From an uncultured Eubacteriales bacterium (lineage in GTDB: Bacteria > Acidobacteriota > Aminicenantia > Aminicenantales > Aminicenantaceae), in contig CAYSCS010000073.1 of NCBI GenBank assembly GCA_964429695.1, positions 12,438-76,437 of the forward strand: DNA of 64,000 nucleotides, in the 5' to 3' direction. Numbering within the stretch: position 1 is the stretch's first letter; each line of letters starts with the position of its first letter. The position numbers were made by a program, and so were the translations under genes. The notes under the pieces were generated by a model. It was given only the letters and a program-made list of their open reading frames with translations, ran no database searches and was not told where the DNA came from. Positions 19,946 through 29,769 of the stretch are shown here, in pieces.

Positions 19946-20263
19946 ATGATTTTGAATGAGATTCCGAGTGCACGTCCTCATCTTCCCGGAACAAAGATCA
20001 GCGTCTATCCGCACTCATGGTCGAGCCAGAGCAATCTTTATCCCTGGATCGATGCTTTCAGGTGTACGGGATGTGGAGCTTGTGCCAAAGCTTGCCCCCC
20101 TCAGGTCATCGGGATTCACAGAGGGAAGGCGGCCATTGTGCTCGACCTCTGCCAGCAATGCGGGGAATGTTTCGAAGCCTGTCCCGTGGAAGGGGCGATC
20201 ATCTTTAAGCTTCCTCCTGGAGCCCCTGAGACAGGAAACACAACTTATTTCTCGAAGTTTTGA
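19946..20263 (+). CDS. 2x[4Fe-4S] ferredoxin
   Basis: 105 aa; CTGCGACAKACPP and CQQCGECFEACPV motifs. Confidence 0.75.
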   Translation: MILNEIPSARPHLPGTKISVYPHSWSSQSNLYPWIDAFRCTGCGACAKACPPQVIGIHRGKAAIVLDLCQQCGECFEACPVEGAIIFKLPPGAPETGNTTYFSKF

Positions 20264-20318
20264 TTTTACCCATGTTAAGGAGGAAGAAAATTCTTGACTT
20301 AGGGAGAGGAGGGGAGAA

Positions 20319-20741
20319 ATGCCTGAAAAATTAAAGGTTAACTACGTCGACCACATCTGTATAGCGGTCAATGACATCAAGAAGGCAGAGAAGGATTATA
20401 TAGAAAACTTTGGCTGGGAAGTTGCCTACCGGTATGTAGACGAACCAGAAAAGATAAGGGTGACAGGATTCATTGTGGGGCAGACGGCCATAGAGCTGAT
20501 GGAAGACCTTGATGGCACAGGCGAGGTGGCTAAGTTCATCCGTAATCGAGGAGAGGGAGTGATGCTCATTAGCTACAATGTCGACAATTGCGAGGAAGCA
20601 CTCGAGGTGCTGAAGAAGAATAAGGTGAGACTCATAGACCAGAAGCCGAGGTATTTTGCCGCCTATAAAAGAAATTTTGCATTTATCCATCCCGCCTCGA
20701 CTCATGGGGTTTTAACAGAAATAATCGACGGAAAATATTAA
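20319..20741 (+). CDS. VOC/glyoxalase-family protein, methylmalonyl-CoA epimerase-like (paralog of 200..610)
   Basis: 140 aa; same HxxxxV.D / HPASTHGVL pattern as the first epimerase-like ORF. Confidence 0.65.
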   Translation: MPEKLKVNYVDHICIAVNDIKKAEKDYIENFGWEVAYRYVDEPEKIRVTGFIVGQTAIELMEDLDGTGEVAKFIRNRGEGVMLISYNVDNCEEALEVLKKNKVRLIDQKPRYFAAYKRNFAFIHPASTHGVLTEIIDGKY

Positions 20742-20771
20742 CCTAAGAACAGGCGAGGAGCATGTTTTAGG

Positions 20772-21194
20772 TTGAGGAAAGTTTTGAGAAAGAAGAGGAT
20801 AAGAGTCCTCATAGCTAAACCAGGGCTTGATGGTCATGACACTGGAGCGAAGGTTGTGGCTTATGCCTTGAGGGATGCAGGAATGGAAGTAATCTATACG
20901 GGACTCCACAAGAGCGTGGAAGAGATTGCCCGCGCCGCTTTACAGGAAGATGTGGATGTCATAGGGCTTTCAATCTACTCGGGTGCCCATCTTCCTCTCT
21001 GTAAGAAGCTTATGGAAAGGCTCAAAGAGCTCAACATCTCTGAAAAGATGGTGCTTGTGGGCGGCAATATCCCTCCAAAAGATGTAGAAGTACTTCTGAG
21101 TTACGGTGTTTCAGGGGTTTTTCCTGTTGGTTCGCATCTTGAGGAAATAATAAAGTTTATCGAAGAAAGAGTGAGGGTGGAAGATGAGGGATGA
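20772..21194 (+). CDS. cobalamin-binding small subunit of a split acyl-CoA mutase
   Basis: 140 aa; B12-binding DxHxxG motif (LDGHDTGAKVV) and Rossmann-like layout of the MCM C-terminal domain. Confidence 0.85.
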   Translation: MRKVLRKKRIRVLIAKPGLDGHDTGAKVVAYALRDAGMEVIYTGLHKSVEEIARAALQEDVDVIGLSIYSGAHLPLCKKLMERLKELNISEKMVLVGGNIPPKDVEVLLSYGVSGVFPVGSHLEEIIKFIEERVRVEDEG

Positions 21195-22794
21195 GGAAAA
21201 AGAAGAGATCAAGAAGGTGGTGCTTGAGTCGGGGATTGAAGTCAAGCCCGTTTATGGTCCCGAAGATGTCAAGGATATAAATTTTGAAGAAGAGATAGGA
21301 AAACCAGGAGAATATCCTTTCACAAGAGGAATTCATCCTCTGATGTATCGCAAACGCCCCTGGACGATGCGTCAGTACTCGGGTTTTGGAACACCCCGAG
21401 AAACAAACGAACGCTTCAAATGGCTCCTCAAGCAGGGTCAGACAGCGCTCAACGTTGCTTTTGACCTTCCCACTCAGATGGGGCTTGATTCAGATGATCC
21501 TTTTGCCGAAGAAGAAGTGGGAAGAGTAGGGATGGCAATCGATACCTTGAGAGACATGGAGGAGGCATTTGAGGGGATTCCTTTGGAGAGGATAAGCACC
21601 TCCTTGACCATAAACGCGGTTGCTTCTGTGATTTTTGCCATGTATCTTGTTGTTGCTGAGAAGAGAGGGATTCCCTGGGCTGAATTGAGGGGGACAACTC
21701 AGAATGACATCCTGAAGGAGTATATCGGAAGAGGGACCTGGATTTTCCCTGTTGAGCCTTCCCTTCGCTTAATAGCCGACATGGTGGAGTTCTGCACAAA
21801 AGAAGTGCCCAGGTTCAATCCGCTCAGTGTCTGCGGCTACCACATCCGTGAATCAGGAGCAAACCCTGTTCAGGAGATAGCCTATGCCTTCCAGATCGCA
21901 ATCACCTACATCCAGAGGGTCCTTGAACGCGGTCTCCAAGTGGATGACTTTGCTCATGGCATCACTTTCAATTTCGACATTTTCGGGAACTTATTTGAAC
22001 AAGTGGCAAAATTCAGGGCAGCAAGGAGGCTCTGGGCGAAGATTATGAAGCAGAAATTCGGGGCAAAAAACCCTCGCTCGATGACGATGAAGATGATCGC
22101 AGGAGGGGGAGGGGGAGGATTAACCATCCAGCAACCTGAAAATAATATCATTCGCGGGGCATACTATGCTCTTATCTCAGCCCTATCAGGGACACAGACC
22201 ATGGCTCTCTGTTCCTATGATGAGGCCTACACCATACCTTCCAAAAAGGCAGCCCTCCTCAGCTTGAGGACGATGCAGATTCTCGCAGATGAGACAGGGC
22301 TCCGAGACACGGTTGACCCTCTCGGTGGTTCCTATTATATTGAATGGCTGACTCGAGAGATGGAAAAGAAAATCCTCGAATGCATGGAAAAGGTGGATGA
22401 GATGGGAGGGATGGTGAAGGCGATTGAATCGGGTTTGATTCAGAAGGAAGTCAGCCACCAGGCATATCTCCAGCACAAAAAGATACAATCTGGAGAGCTG
22501 GTAAAAGTTGGGGTAAACAAATACGTGATTGAAGAAGAAAGAGCAGAAGTCGAGCTTCATCCCTTCAACCCTCGAGTGGCAGAGGAGCAGAGAAGGAAGC
22601 TGGAGGAGGTAAAGTTCTCAAGGGATGAGCGAAAGGTTCGAGAAGGCCTGGAAAGATTGAGAGAGGCTGCCCTGAGAAATGAAAATCTCATGCCTCATAT
22701 CCTTTGCGCAGTGAGAGCCTATGCCACATTGGGAGAGATAACTAGGGTTTTTAAGGAAGTATTCGGGGAATTCAGGGAGCCATGCTTCTTATGA
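21184..22794 (+). CDS. acyl-CoA mutase (methylmalonyl-CoA mutase family) catalytic large subunit
   Basis: 536 aa; conserved MCM substrate-binding barrel blocks (YPFTRGIHPLMYRKRPWTMRQYSGFG, ALNVAFDLPTQMGLDSD); 11-bp overlap with the B12 subunit gene. Confidence 0.85.
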   Translation: MRDEEKEEIKKVVLESGIEVKPVYGPEDVKDINFEEEIGKPGEYPFTRGIHPLMYRKRPWTMRQYSGFGTPRETNERFKWLLKQGQTALNVAFDLPTQMGLDSDDPFAEEEVGRVGMAIDTLRDMEEAFEGIPLERISTSLTINAVASVIFAMYLVVAEKRGIPWAELRGTTQNDILKEYIGRGTWIFPVEPSLRLIADMVEFCTKEVPRFNPLSVCGYHIRESGANPVQEIAYAFQIAITYIQRVLERGLQVDDFAHGITFNFDIFGNLFEQVAKFRAARRLWAKIMKQKFGAKNPRSMTMKMIAGGGGGGLTIQQPENNIIRGAYYALISALSGTQTMALCSYDEAYTIPSKKAALLSLRTMQILADETGLRDTVDPLGGSYYIEWLTREMEKKILECMEKVDEMGGMVKAIESGLIQKEVSHQAYLQHKKIQSGELVKVGVNKYVIEEERAEVELHPFNPRVAEEQRRKLEEVKFSRDERKVREGLERLREAALRNENLMPHILCAVRAYATLGEITRVFKEVFGEFREPCFL

Positions 22795-22866
22795 AAATTT
22801 ATTAATAATAAATATTAATTAATAATAATTATTAATAAATTGTAAGAAAAATTATGATTTTGTGAG

Positions 22867-24978
22867 ATGGAATACAAGATAGGAATTGACGTGGGGGGAA
22901 CATTCACTGATTTCCTCCTCGCTGCCGAAGATGGAAGTTCGGAAATCTATAAGGTCCTTTCCACACCCGATGACCCCGCCCTGGGATTGATGAATGGACT
23001 AGAGGAGATGGCTTCAAATAAAGGCCTTTACTTGCCAGAATTCATCAAGATGGTTAAACTCATCGTTCACGGCACAACGGTCACCACCAATGCCGTCCTC
23101 ACCCGGAAAGGAGCAAAGACAGGACTTCTCACCACTTATGGTTTAAGAGATGCTCTGGAGATGAGAAGGGGCATCAGAGAAGAACAGTACAACAATCGCT
23201 ATCGTAATGTTGAGCCCCTTGTTCCTCGCTATTTAAGAATAGGGATAAGGGAAAGGCTGGATTATAAAGGAGAGGAGCTCATGCCTCTTAAGAAGGAGGA
23301 TGTCCTTGGGGCAGTAAGGCTTTTTGAGAAGGAGGAAGTAGAGGCAATAGCCATCTGCTTCATGAATTCATTTGCCAACGGAAAGCATGAATCCCAAGCA
23401 GCAAGGATAATTCGCGAAAAACTCCCTTCCGCCTATCTTACCGTTTCTTCTGAATTCCTCCCCAGCATCCGCTTCTATGATAGAATCTCTACCACTGTGC
23501 TCAATTCCTATGTAGGTCCAATCCTCAAGAAGTATCTGATGAGCCTTGTTGAAAAGCTGGAGAATATCGGGTTTGAAGGAGTGCTCCTCATCATGCAATC
23601 AAACGGAGGCGTAGTCTCGCCCCAGATTGCCATGGAAAATGCAGCAGTCACCCTCCTTTCAGGCCCGGCTGCAGGTCCAGTAGCAGGAATTGAATATGCC
23701 TCTATCCAGGGTTCGAGAGACTGCATCACTATCGACATGGGTGGGACAAGCTTTGATGCCTCTCTAATCAAGGACAGGACGCCTCTAGTGACGACTGAAG
23801 GAAGCATAGATCGTCTGCGCATCGCACTTCCCATGCTAGGGATTGTGACCATAGGCGCCGGTGGGGGAAGCATCGGCTGGGTAGATGAAGGGGGTTTGCT
23901 GCGTATGGGACCTCAGAGTGCAGGCTCAAAACCAGGTCCGGCTTGCTACGATAGGGGAGGAGAGGAGCCAACCTGCACAGATGCTGACTTGCTCTTGGGC
24001 TATCTTGATAAGGATTTTTTTGCCGGAGGAAGGATTCCCCTTAATTATGAGAAGGCAGTCAAGGCAGTGAAGGAAAAAATAGCCCAGCCTCTTGGACTCG
24101 ATGTCTACGAAGCCGCAGCAGGAATGTACAGGGTAATAAATGTCAACATGGCTTCGAGTGTGAGGGAAGTGAGTGTCAAGCGAGGGCATGACCCGAGAGA
24201 ATTCCCCCTGATTGCTGCAGGAGGTGCGGGGCCTGTGCATGCCTCGATGATTGCCCTTGAACTTGAAATCCCCCTTATCATCGTCCCCAAAGAATCGTCC
24301 ATCTTCTGCGCAGCGGGGATGTTGATGTCTGACTTAAAACACAATTTCGTCAGGACCTATTCGGTCCTCCTCGAGAAAATAAACCCTGAAAGATTTAAAA
24401 GCCTTTTCCACGAAATGGAGCAAGAGGCGACTCGCTTGCTTGAAGCTGAGCACGTTCCCTGGAGCTCGATTCAGCATTTCTATTCTCTGGATATGAGATA
24501 TATAAGGCAATATCACGAAGTAAATGTTTCCCTGAGAAAAGAGGATGTGGAAAGAGTGGACCTTAAATCTATATCTTCCAAGTTTCATCCCGAACATAAC
24601 CGTCTTTATGGTTACTCGCTTGAGGAAGAAGGCACTCCGATTGAATTGATTAATCTGAGGCTCCTTGCAGTGGGGAAGACCACGAAGCCCAGATTTCAAG
24701 AGGAGGAATATAGAGGGGAAGATGCGACTCATGCCTTCAAGAAAAAGAGACGAGTTTTTATTCCTCTTCGAAATGCATTCGAGGAGGTTCCTGTCTATGA
24801 TGGAGACAGGCTTCGTTTCGGAAATAGAATAGAGGGACCAGCCCTCATTGAACAGATACATACGACAACCTTTGTGGCACCCGAATATGATGTCCTCTGT
24901 GACCGGTATGGAAGCTTTACCCTCTACCTCAAATCAAAAGAGAAGGAAGTGAGCGCAAGAATAAGAGGTGGAGAATGA
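22867..24978 (+). CDS. hydantoinase/oxoprolinase family protein, HyuA-like (acetone/acetophenone carboxylase-related)
   Basis: 703 aa; N-terminal IGIDVGGTFTD actin-like ATPase motif of hydantoinase A family. Confidence 0.85.
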   Translation: MEYKIGIDVGGTFTDFLLAAEDGSSEIYKVLSTPDDPALGLMNGLEEMASNKGLYLPEFIKMVKLIVHGTTVTTNAVLTRKGAKTGLLTTYGLRDALEMRRGIREEQYNNRYRNVEPLVPRYLRIGIRERLDYKGEELMPLKKEDVLGAVRLFEKEEVEAIAICFMNSFANGKHESQAARIIREKLPSAYLTVSSEFLPSIRFYDRISTTVLNSYVGPILKKYLMSLVEKLENIGFEGVLLIMQSNGGVVSPQIAMENAAVTLLSGPAAGPVAGIEYASIQGSRDCITIDMGGTSFDASLIKDRTPLVTTEGSIDRLRIALPMLGIVTIGAGGGSIGWVDEGGLLRMGPQSAGSKPGPACYDRGGEEPTCTDADLLLGYLDKDFFAGGRIPLNYEKAVKAVKEKIAQPLGLDVYEAAAGMYRVINVNMASSVREVSVKRGHDPREFPLIAAGGAGPVHASMIALELEIPLIIVPKESSIFCAAGMLMSDLKHNFVRTYSVLLEKINPERFKSLFHEMEQEATRLLEAEHVPWSSIQHFYSLDMRYIRQYHEVNVSLRKEDVERVDLKSISSKFHPEHNRLYGYSLEEEGTPIELINLRLLAVGKTTKPRFQEEEYRGEDATHAFKKKRRVFIPLRNAFEEVPVYDGDRLRFGNRIEGPALIEQIHTTTFVAPEYDVLCDRYGSFTLYLKSKEKEVSARIRGGE

Positions 24979-26711
24979 AGATAGATAGGATTCTGGTCTC
25001 AGTGCTCCAGAGGAGGTTCAAGTCCATAACCGAGGAGATGAGTATCGTTCTTGAGAAGACGACAAGGTCCCCCATCCTTTGTGAAGCAAAGGATTTTGTC
25101 ACCGGGCTGTATGATGGAAAAGGGAAGATGCTCGAACAGACAGAAAATCTTCCAATCCTTTCTTTCTCTCTAGGTCCTGTGTGTGAGTATATCATCGATT
25201 ATTTTGGAGATGACCTTGCGCCCGGAGATGTGATCTTTCACAACGATGTCTTCTCCATGGGAAATCAGAATAACGACGTTGCTGCCTATAAGCCAATTTT
25301 TTACAGAGATAAACTCGTTGCCTGGTCTGCATCGAAAGGGCATCAAGCCGATGTGGGTGGGGCAGTCGCTGGTGGTTATAATCCTCGGGCCACGGAAGTC
25401 TGGCAGGAGACTTTGCGCATCCCTCCGGTAAAGGTCATAGAAAGAGGGAAGGTGAGGAAGGATGTCTGGAACCTGATCTTTTCCAACATAAGGTTCGATA
25501 TGGTCGAGGCAGATATGAAGGCTCAGATCGGGGCATGTGTCGTGGGTGAACGGGGGATTCTTAAACTTATCGAGAAATACGGGCTCGATACTTTTGAGTC
25601 GCACAAGGAATATCTATTTGATTCAACCGAGAAGATGATGAGAGCCGAAATAAGGAAAATTCCCAACGGAGTCTATCATGGGGAGTCAACCGTCTACTAT
25701 GATGGTCGAACGCCAGGTTCAAAGTACAAGATAAGGGTGAAGATTATGGTTGAGGATGAGGAGATAATCTTCGATTATTCTGAGACAGACCCCCAGACAG
25801 ATGGTTTTGTAAACGGAACCTACACCTCTTCAGCAAGCGCTACTCTGCTCACTTTCCTGCAGATGGTTAATCCCGATATTCCCCATAATGAAGGGATGCT
25901 ACGCCCGATAAAAATCATCATCCCCGAAGGGACAATCCTCAATGCCCGTTTTCCCGCTGCAACCACCTTCGGGAACCACCTCTGCCCTCCTAACGCTGAT
26001 GCCATAATTCGTGCCCTCTCTCAGGCTATCCCTGAAAGGGTGACCGCAGGGTGGAACCAGCTCCTCTGCTATCTGACGAGTGGGTTCGATCCGCGCCGTA
26101 ACTTGAATTACGTGGATATAGGTTTCATGGGACTCAAGGGAGGTTCAGGTGCGACTTTCGGGGTGGATGGATATGACCACATCGGAATGATAGATGCCTC
26201 GGGGGGAGTGCTTGACCAGGATTACGAGATGTTCGAGCAGCAGACACCCCATCTGCTTCTCAAGCATGAATACTGGACGGATTCTTCAGGAGCAGGGAGA
26301 TGGAGAGGGGGATTGGGAATAGAGACTTCTTTCAAGATAGGCGGGTTGAAGACTAAGGTAGTAACCTTTGGCGATGGAGACGTAGAGCCTGCCTTTGGAC
26401 TCTTTGGAGGAAAGAGCGGGACCCTGAACAGGATTGAACTTCGCTACCCTGAGGGGAGAGTCTACAAGACAACGAGTAAAGACCTTATTGAGGATGTTCC
26501 GGAAGGAACAATCCTCTTTCAGCAGGCAGGAGGGGGCGGCGGTTATCAAGACCCCTTTCTTCGCGACCCTTTCAAGGTTGCTCAGGAAGTCCGCGACGGA
26601 ATAATAAGCATAGAGAGAGCAAGGGAAGATTACGGGGTTATCATCGACCCTAAAACGTTTAGACTTGACCTCGAAAACACGAAACGTCTGAGAGAGAAGA
26701 GAGAGAAATAG
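24975..26711 (+). CDS. hydantoinase B/oxoprolinase family protein, HyuB-like
   Basis: 578 aa; HyuB-type N-terminus (D.ILVSVLQRRFKSITEEM), ATGA overlap with HyuA-like gene. Confidence 0.85.
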   Translation: MKIDRILVSVLQRRFKSITEEMSIVLEKTTRSPILCEAKDFVTGLYDGKGKMLEQTENLPILSFSLGPVCEYIIDYFGDDLAPGDVIFHNDVFSMGNQNNDVAAYKPIFYRDKLVAWSASKGHQADVGGAVAGGYNPRATEVWQETLRIPPVKVIERGKVRKDVWNLIFSNIRFDMVEADMKAQIGACVVGERGILKLIEKYGLDTFESHKEYLFDSTEKMMRAEIRKIPNGVYHGESTVYYDGRTPGSKYKIRVKIMVEDEEIIFDYSETDPQTDGFVNGTYTSSASATLLTFLQMVNPDIPHNEGMLRPIKIIIPEGTILNARFPAATTFGNHLCPPNADAIIRALSQAIPERVTAGWNQLLCYLTSGFDPRRNLNYVDIGFMGLKGGSGATFGVDGYDHIGMIDASGGVLDQDYEMFEQQTPHLLLKHEYWTDSSGAGRWRGGLGIETSFKIGGLKTKVVTFGDGDVEPAFGLFGGKSGTLNRIELRYPEGRVYKTTSKDLIEDVPEGTILFQQAGGGGGYQDPFLRDPFKVAQEVRDGIISIERAREDYGVIIDPKTFRLDLENTKRLREKREK

Positions 26712-26804
26712 TTTATTAGGTAGAGCCCTTGTTTAGGAAGTTTCTGAGTGAATGAATTTTTTAATAAAATGAGCTAAATTTATCTTCTATGGAAAAAGGA
26801 GGGA

Positions 26805-29492
26805 ATGATGAGAATCCGTCAATTCCTTTATTTGGGACTCATTCTTTTTAATTTTTTCCTTATCCACCCTCTTTTTGCCAAAGAATCAGGGGTGGAGAAG
26901 GATTGGGTGCCGGATGATGTCCTGAGGCTAGAAAGAGCAAGTTCATTCCACATCTCCCCCTGCGGTAAGTGGGTAGTGTGGGTGAAGGCAAGCCCGGATA
27001 AAGAGGAAAACAAATACCTGACCCACATTTTTCTCTCTTCGCTTGAAGAGAAAAGAGAAATCCAACTTACGCGGGGGAAGTCATCTGAGAGCTCCCCAAA
27101 ATTTTCACCTGATGGAAAGAAGATTGCATTTCTCTCCGACAGGGAAAAGAAGAACCAGATCTATGTCATCGAGCTCCCTGGTGGGGAACCGCTGAAGCTT
27201 ACAGAGATGGAGAAAGGAGTAAATTCCTGGGACTGGGTAGATGAGAAGACAATTTTTTTCACTGCCCCAGAAGATAAGACGCATAGAGAGAAAAAGCTAG
27301 AAAAGGAGAAGGATGACACTGTGGTCGTAGCCGACCAGGAGCACTACGGCCCAGTGAGGCTTTTCAAGCTCGAGCTGGAGACAAAAAAAATCACCCGTCT
27401 TACTTCAAACGATTATGTCATCACGGAATTTGCGGTCTCCCCTTGCCGAAGGTTTGTGGTTACCAATGAAAGTCAATCTGTAGACTGGGAATTTGATATG
27501 AAGGTTCCGCCAAAGCAGTTTCTTTATGATCTTGACACAGGATTGCGAGAGGAAATATTCCCTGAACCCCGCATTTACCCCTTCGGCTTCCAGTGGACAA
27601 GAGACGGGAAGGGGTTTTATTGTTTCCGCGCCCTCTCTTCAGACCCTGAAGATACATTTGTCTCTGTCATGACCCTTGTTTATTACGACTTTGAGGAAAG
27701 AAACTGGGTAGATGTTAATCTCGATTGGGAGAGGTACCTGAGTTTCTTCGGCAGCCATATCACCGAAGAGGGAATCCTTGTCTCCCTGGCAAATGGAGTG
27801 AAAGTTAAATGGGCCATCTACCGCAAGACGGGTCCCAAAACATGGTCGCGCTCCTTCCTCGAGAATGAAAAGGCGGATAACTTTAACATCCTCGCTCTTC
27901 AAGAAAAGGGTCAGAGGGTAATCTATGCATACTCCACGGCCTCAACCCCGGAAAAGTACTCCTGGGGAGAGCTTCAAGGAAACAGGATTTCAGAGGGAAG
28001 TGAATTTTTAGAGCTCAATGGATTCTTGAAACATAAGAATATTGCAAAGACAGAGATAATACGCTGGAAAGGGGCAAGAGGAGATGAGGTGGAAGGCATC
28101 CTATATTACCCTCATGATTATCAAGCAGGGAAGAAATATCCCCTTGTTCCCATCATTCATGGAGGGCCGGCAGGAACAGACATGGACAGGTTTGAAGAAC
28201 ATTACATCAACTATCCTAACCTCCTTGCGAGTAAAGGGGCTTTCTCCTTGATGGTGAATTATCATGGGAGTGCTGGCTATGGACTGGAGTGGGTGGAATC
28301 AATCAAGAAGCGCTACTATGAGTACGAGGTTCCTGATATCCTCAGCGGAATAGATTATCTTATCCAAAGGGGGTTGGTCGATCCGGAGAGGGTGGGAATA
28401 ATGGGCTGGAGCAACGGGTCAATCCTTTCCATAGCCTGTTGCCTGGAAAGACCGAATTTTTTCAAAGCTCTCTGTGCTGGAGCGGGTGATGTCAACTGGA
28501 TTTCAGACTATGGTAATGTTTCTTTCGGGCATGCCTGGGGCGTTGCGTATTTTGGAGGTCCCCCCTGGGAAAACCTCGACTACTTCATCAAGATTTCTCC
28601 TCTTTTCCGCTTAAAGGAAAACACGACTCCAACTATAATCTTTTTTGGGAGCGAAGACGTGAATGTTCCCACTGAACAGGGCTGGGAACATTTTCGGGCC
28701 CTGCAACAGATTGGAAAGGTTCCCGTGCGTTTTCTCCTTTTCCCCGGAGAACCTCATGTTTTTGAAAAACTAAGCCACATGAAGCGTAAGATAGAAGAGG
28801 AGATGGCCTGGTTTGATAAGTATCTTTTTAAAATCGAAAAGAAAGAAAACGAGGCCTTCAATCCTGATTCCCCTCTTGCCCTGGCCCTAAAGAAAGCAAG
28901 GGCATCAAGATGGGGCGAACTCCTTGGTGAGAGAAAGAATGGGGTTCTCATTCCTGAGGTAGTCAGGTTCAAGAATCTGATGGTGGGAAGATTCGAAGTC
29001 ACGAGGGCTCAATTTAAGGAGTTTAAAAAAGACTATCCCTTTGACCCAGCGAGGGCAAACTTCCCTGCCAGCAATGTTTCTTACGAGGAGGCAACGAAAT
29101 ACTGTCAGTGGTTAGAGAGAAAAACTGGGAAAAAATTCAGATTGCTTAAAGAAAAAGAAATGGCAGAGCTTCTGGAACTGGCCGAAGGGAAAAAGGAGAA
29201 TAACCTTGACTACTGGGCAGGCTACAGCCCGACTCCTGATGAAGTAAGATTACTCGAGGAAAAAATCTTTGAGCTTGAAAAACAGGGAAGCCTGCTCAGG
29301 GAAGTGGGGAGCATGGAACCAGAAGGAGAGTTCTATGACTTCGGAGGAAATGTCTCAGAGTGGTGCACTACTGAAAAGGGAGAGAAGAAAATAATGGGGC
29401 TGTGCGCCATTTCCCCCGGCGACCCTAAAGCACGTTTCACTCCCCCATGTCAAAACTATGTAGGTTTCAGAGTGTGTTATGAGGAAAGGTAG
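26805..29492 (+). CDS. secreted S9-family serine peptidase (beta-propeller + alpha/beta hydrolase) with C-terminal FGE-sulfatase/SUMF1-like domain
   Basis: signal peptide; GWSNGS nucleophile elbow; C-terminal residues about 700-895 carry FGE-like blocks (VSYEEATKYCQWL, YDFGGNVSEWC, GFRVCYEE). Confidence 0.7.
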   Translation: MMRIRQFLYLGLILFNFFLIHPLFAKESGVEKDWVPDDVLRLERASSFHISPCGKWVVWVKASPDKEENKYLTHIFLSSLEEKREIQLTRGKSSESSPKFSPDGKKIAFLSDREKKNQIYVIELPGGEPLKLTEMEKGVNSWDWVDEKTIFFTAPEDKTHREKKLEKEKDDTVVVADQEHYGPVRLFKLELETKKITRLTSNDYVITEFAVSPCRRFVVTNESQSVDWEFDMKVPPKQFLYDLDTGLREEIFPEPRIYPFGFQWTRDGKGFYCFRALSSDPEDTFVSVMTLVYYDFEERNWVDVNLDWERYLSFFGSHITEEGILVSLANGVKVKWAIYRKTGPKTWSRSFLENEKADNFNILALQEKGQRVIYAYSTASTPEKYSWGELQGNRISEGSEFLELNGFLKHKNIAKTEIIRWKGARGDEVEGILYYPHDYQAGKKYPLVPIIHGGPAGTDMDRFEEHYINYPNLLASKGAFSLMVNYHGSAGYGLEWVESIKKRYYEYEVPDILSGIDYLIQRGLVDPERVGIMGWSNGSILSIACCLERPNFFKALCAGAGDVNWISDYGNVSFGHAWGVAYFGGPPWENLDYFIKISPLFRLKENTTPTIIFFGSEDVNVPTEQGWEHFRALQQIGKVPVRFLLFPGEPHVFEKLSHMKRKIEEEMAWFDKYLFKIEKKENEAFNPDSPLALALKKARASRWGELLGERKNGVLIPEVVRFKNLMVGRFEVTRAQFKEFKKDYPFDPARANFPASNVSYEEATKYCQWLERKTGKKFRLLKEKEMAELLELAEGKKENNLDYWAGYSPTPDEVRLLEEKIFELEKQGSLLREVGSMEPEGEFYDFGGNVSEWCTTEKGEKKIMGLCAISPGDPKARFTPPCQNYVGFRVCYEER

Positions 29493-29769
29493 ACTAATTT
29501 CCTTTTTCTTTAAGTGGGTAAATATAGAAATTGTTCAAGTCTTTCCTCTAAGAAAAAAAATCCCCTTGGATTTAAAACTGAAGATATGTTGAGCGTTTTT
29601 TGAAATGAGAAGAAGTCTTAATAAGACATTCAATCTTTAATAAAGAATTAAAGGGTTGAGATAAATTAAAAAAGCTTAAGGCGAGAAAATTAAAAGCACT
29701 GAAAAGTATGTAATGTGCTTGAGTTCAAAGATGAGGCTCATAAGTTTAAACCAAAAAGGAGGGTGATAA

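Noticed and set aside
22795-22866. Possible CRISPR or other repeat array
   Set aside because: Units are 7-8 nt AT-only iterations without spacers of unique sequence; no cas genes in window
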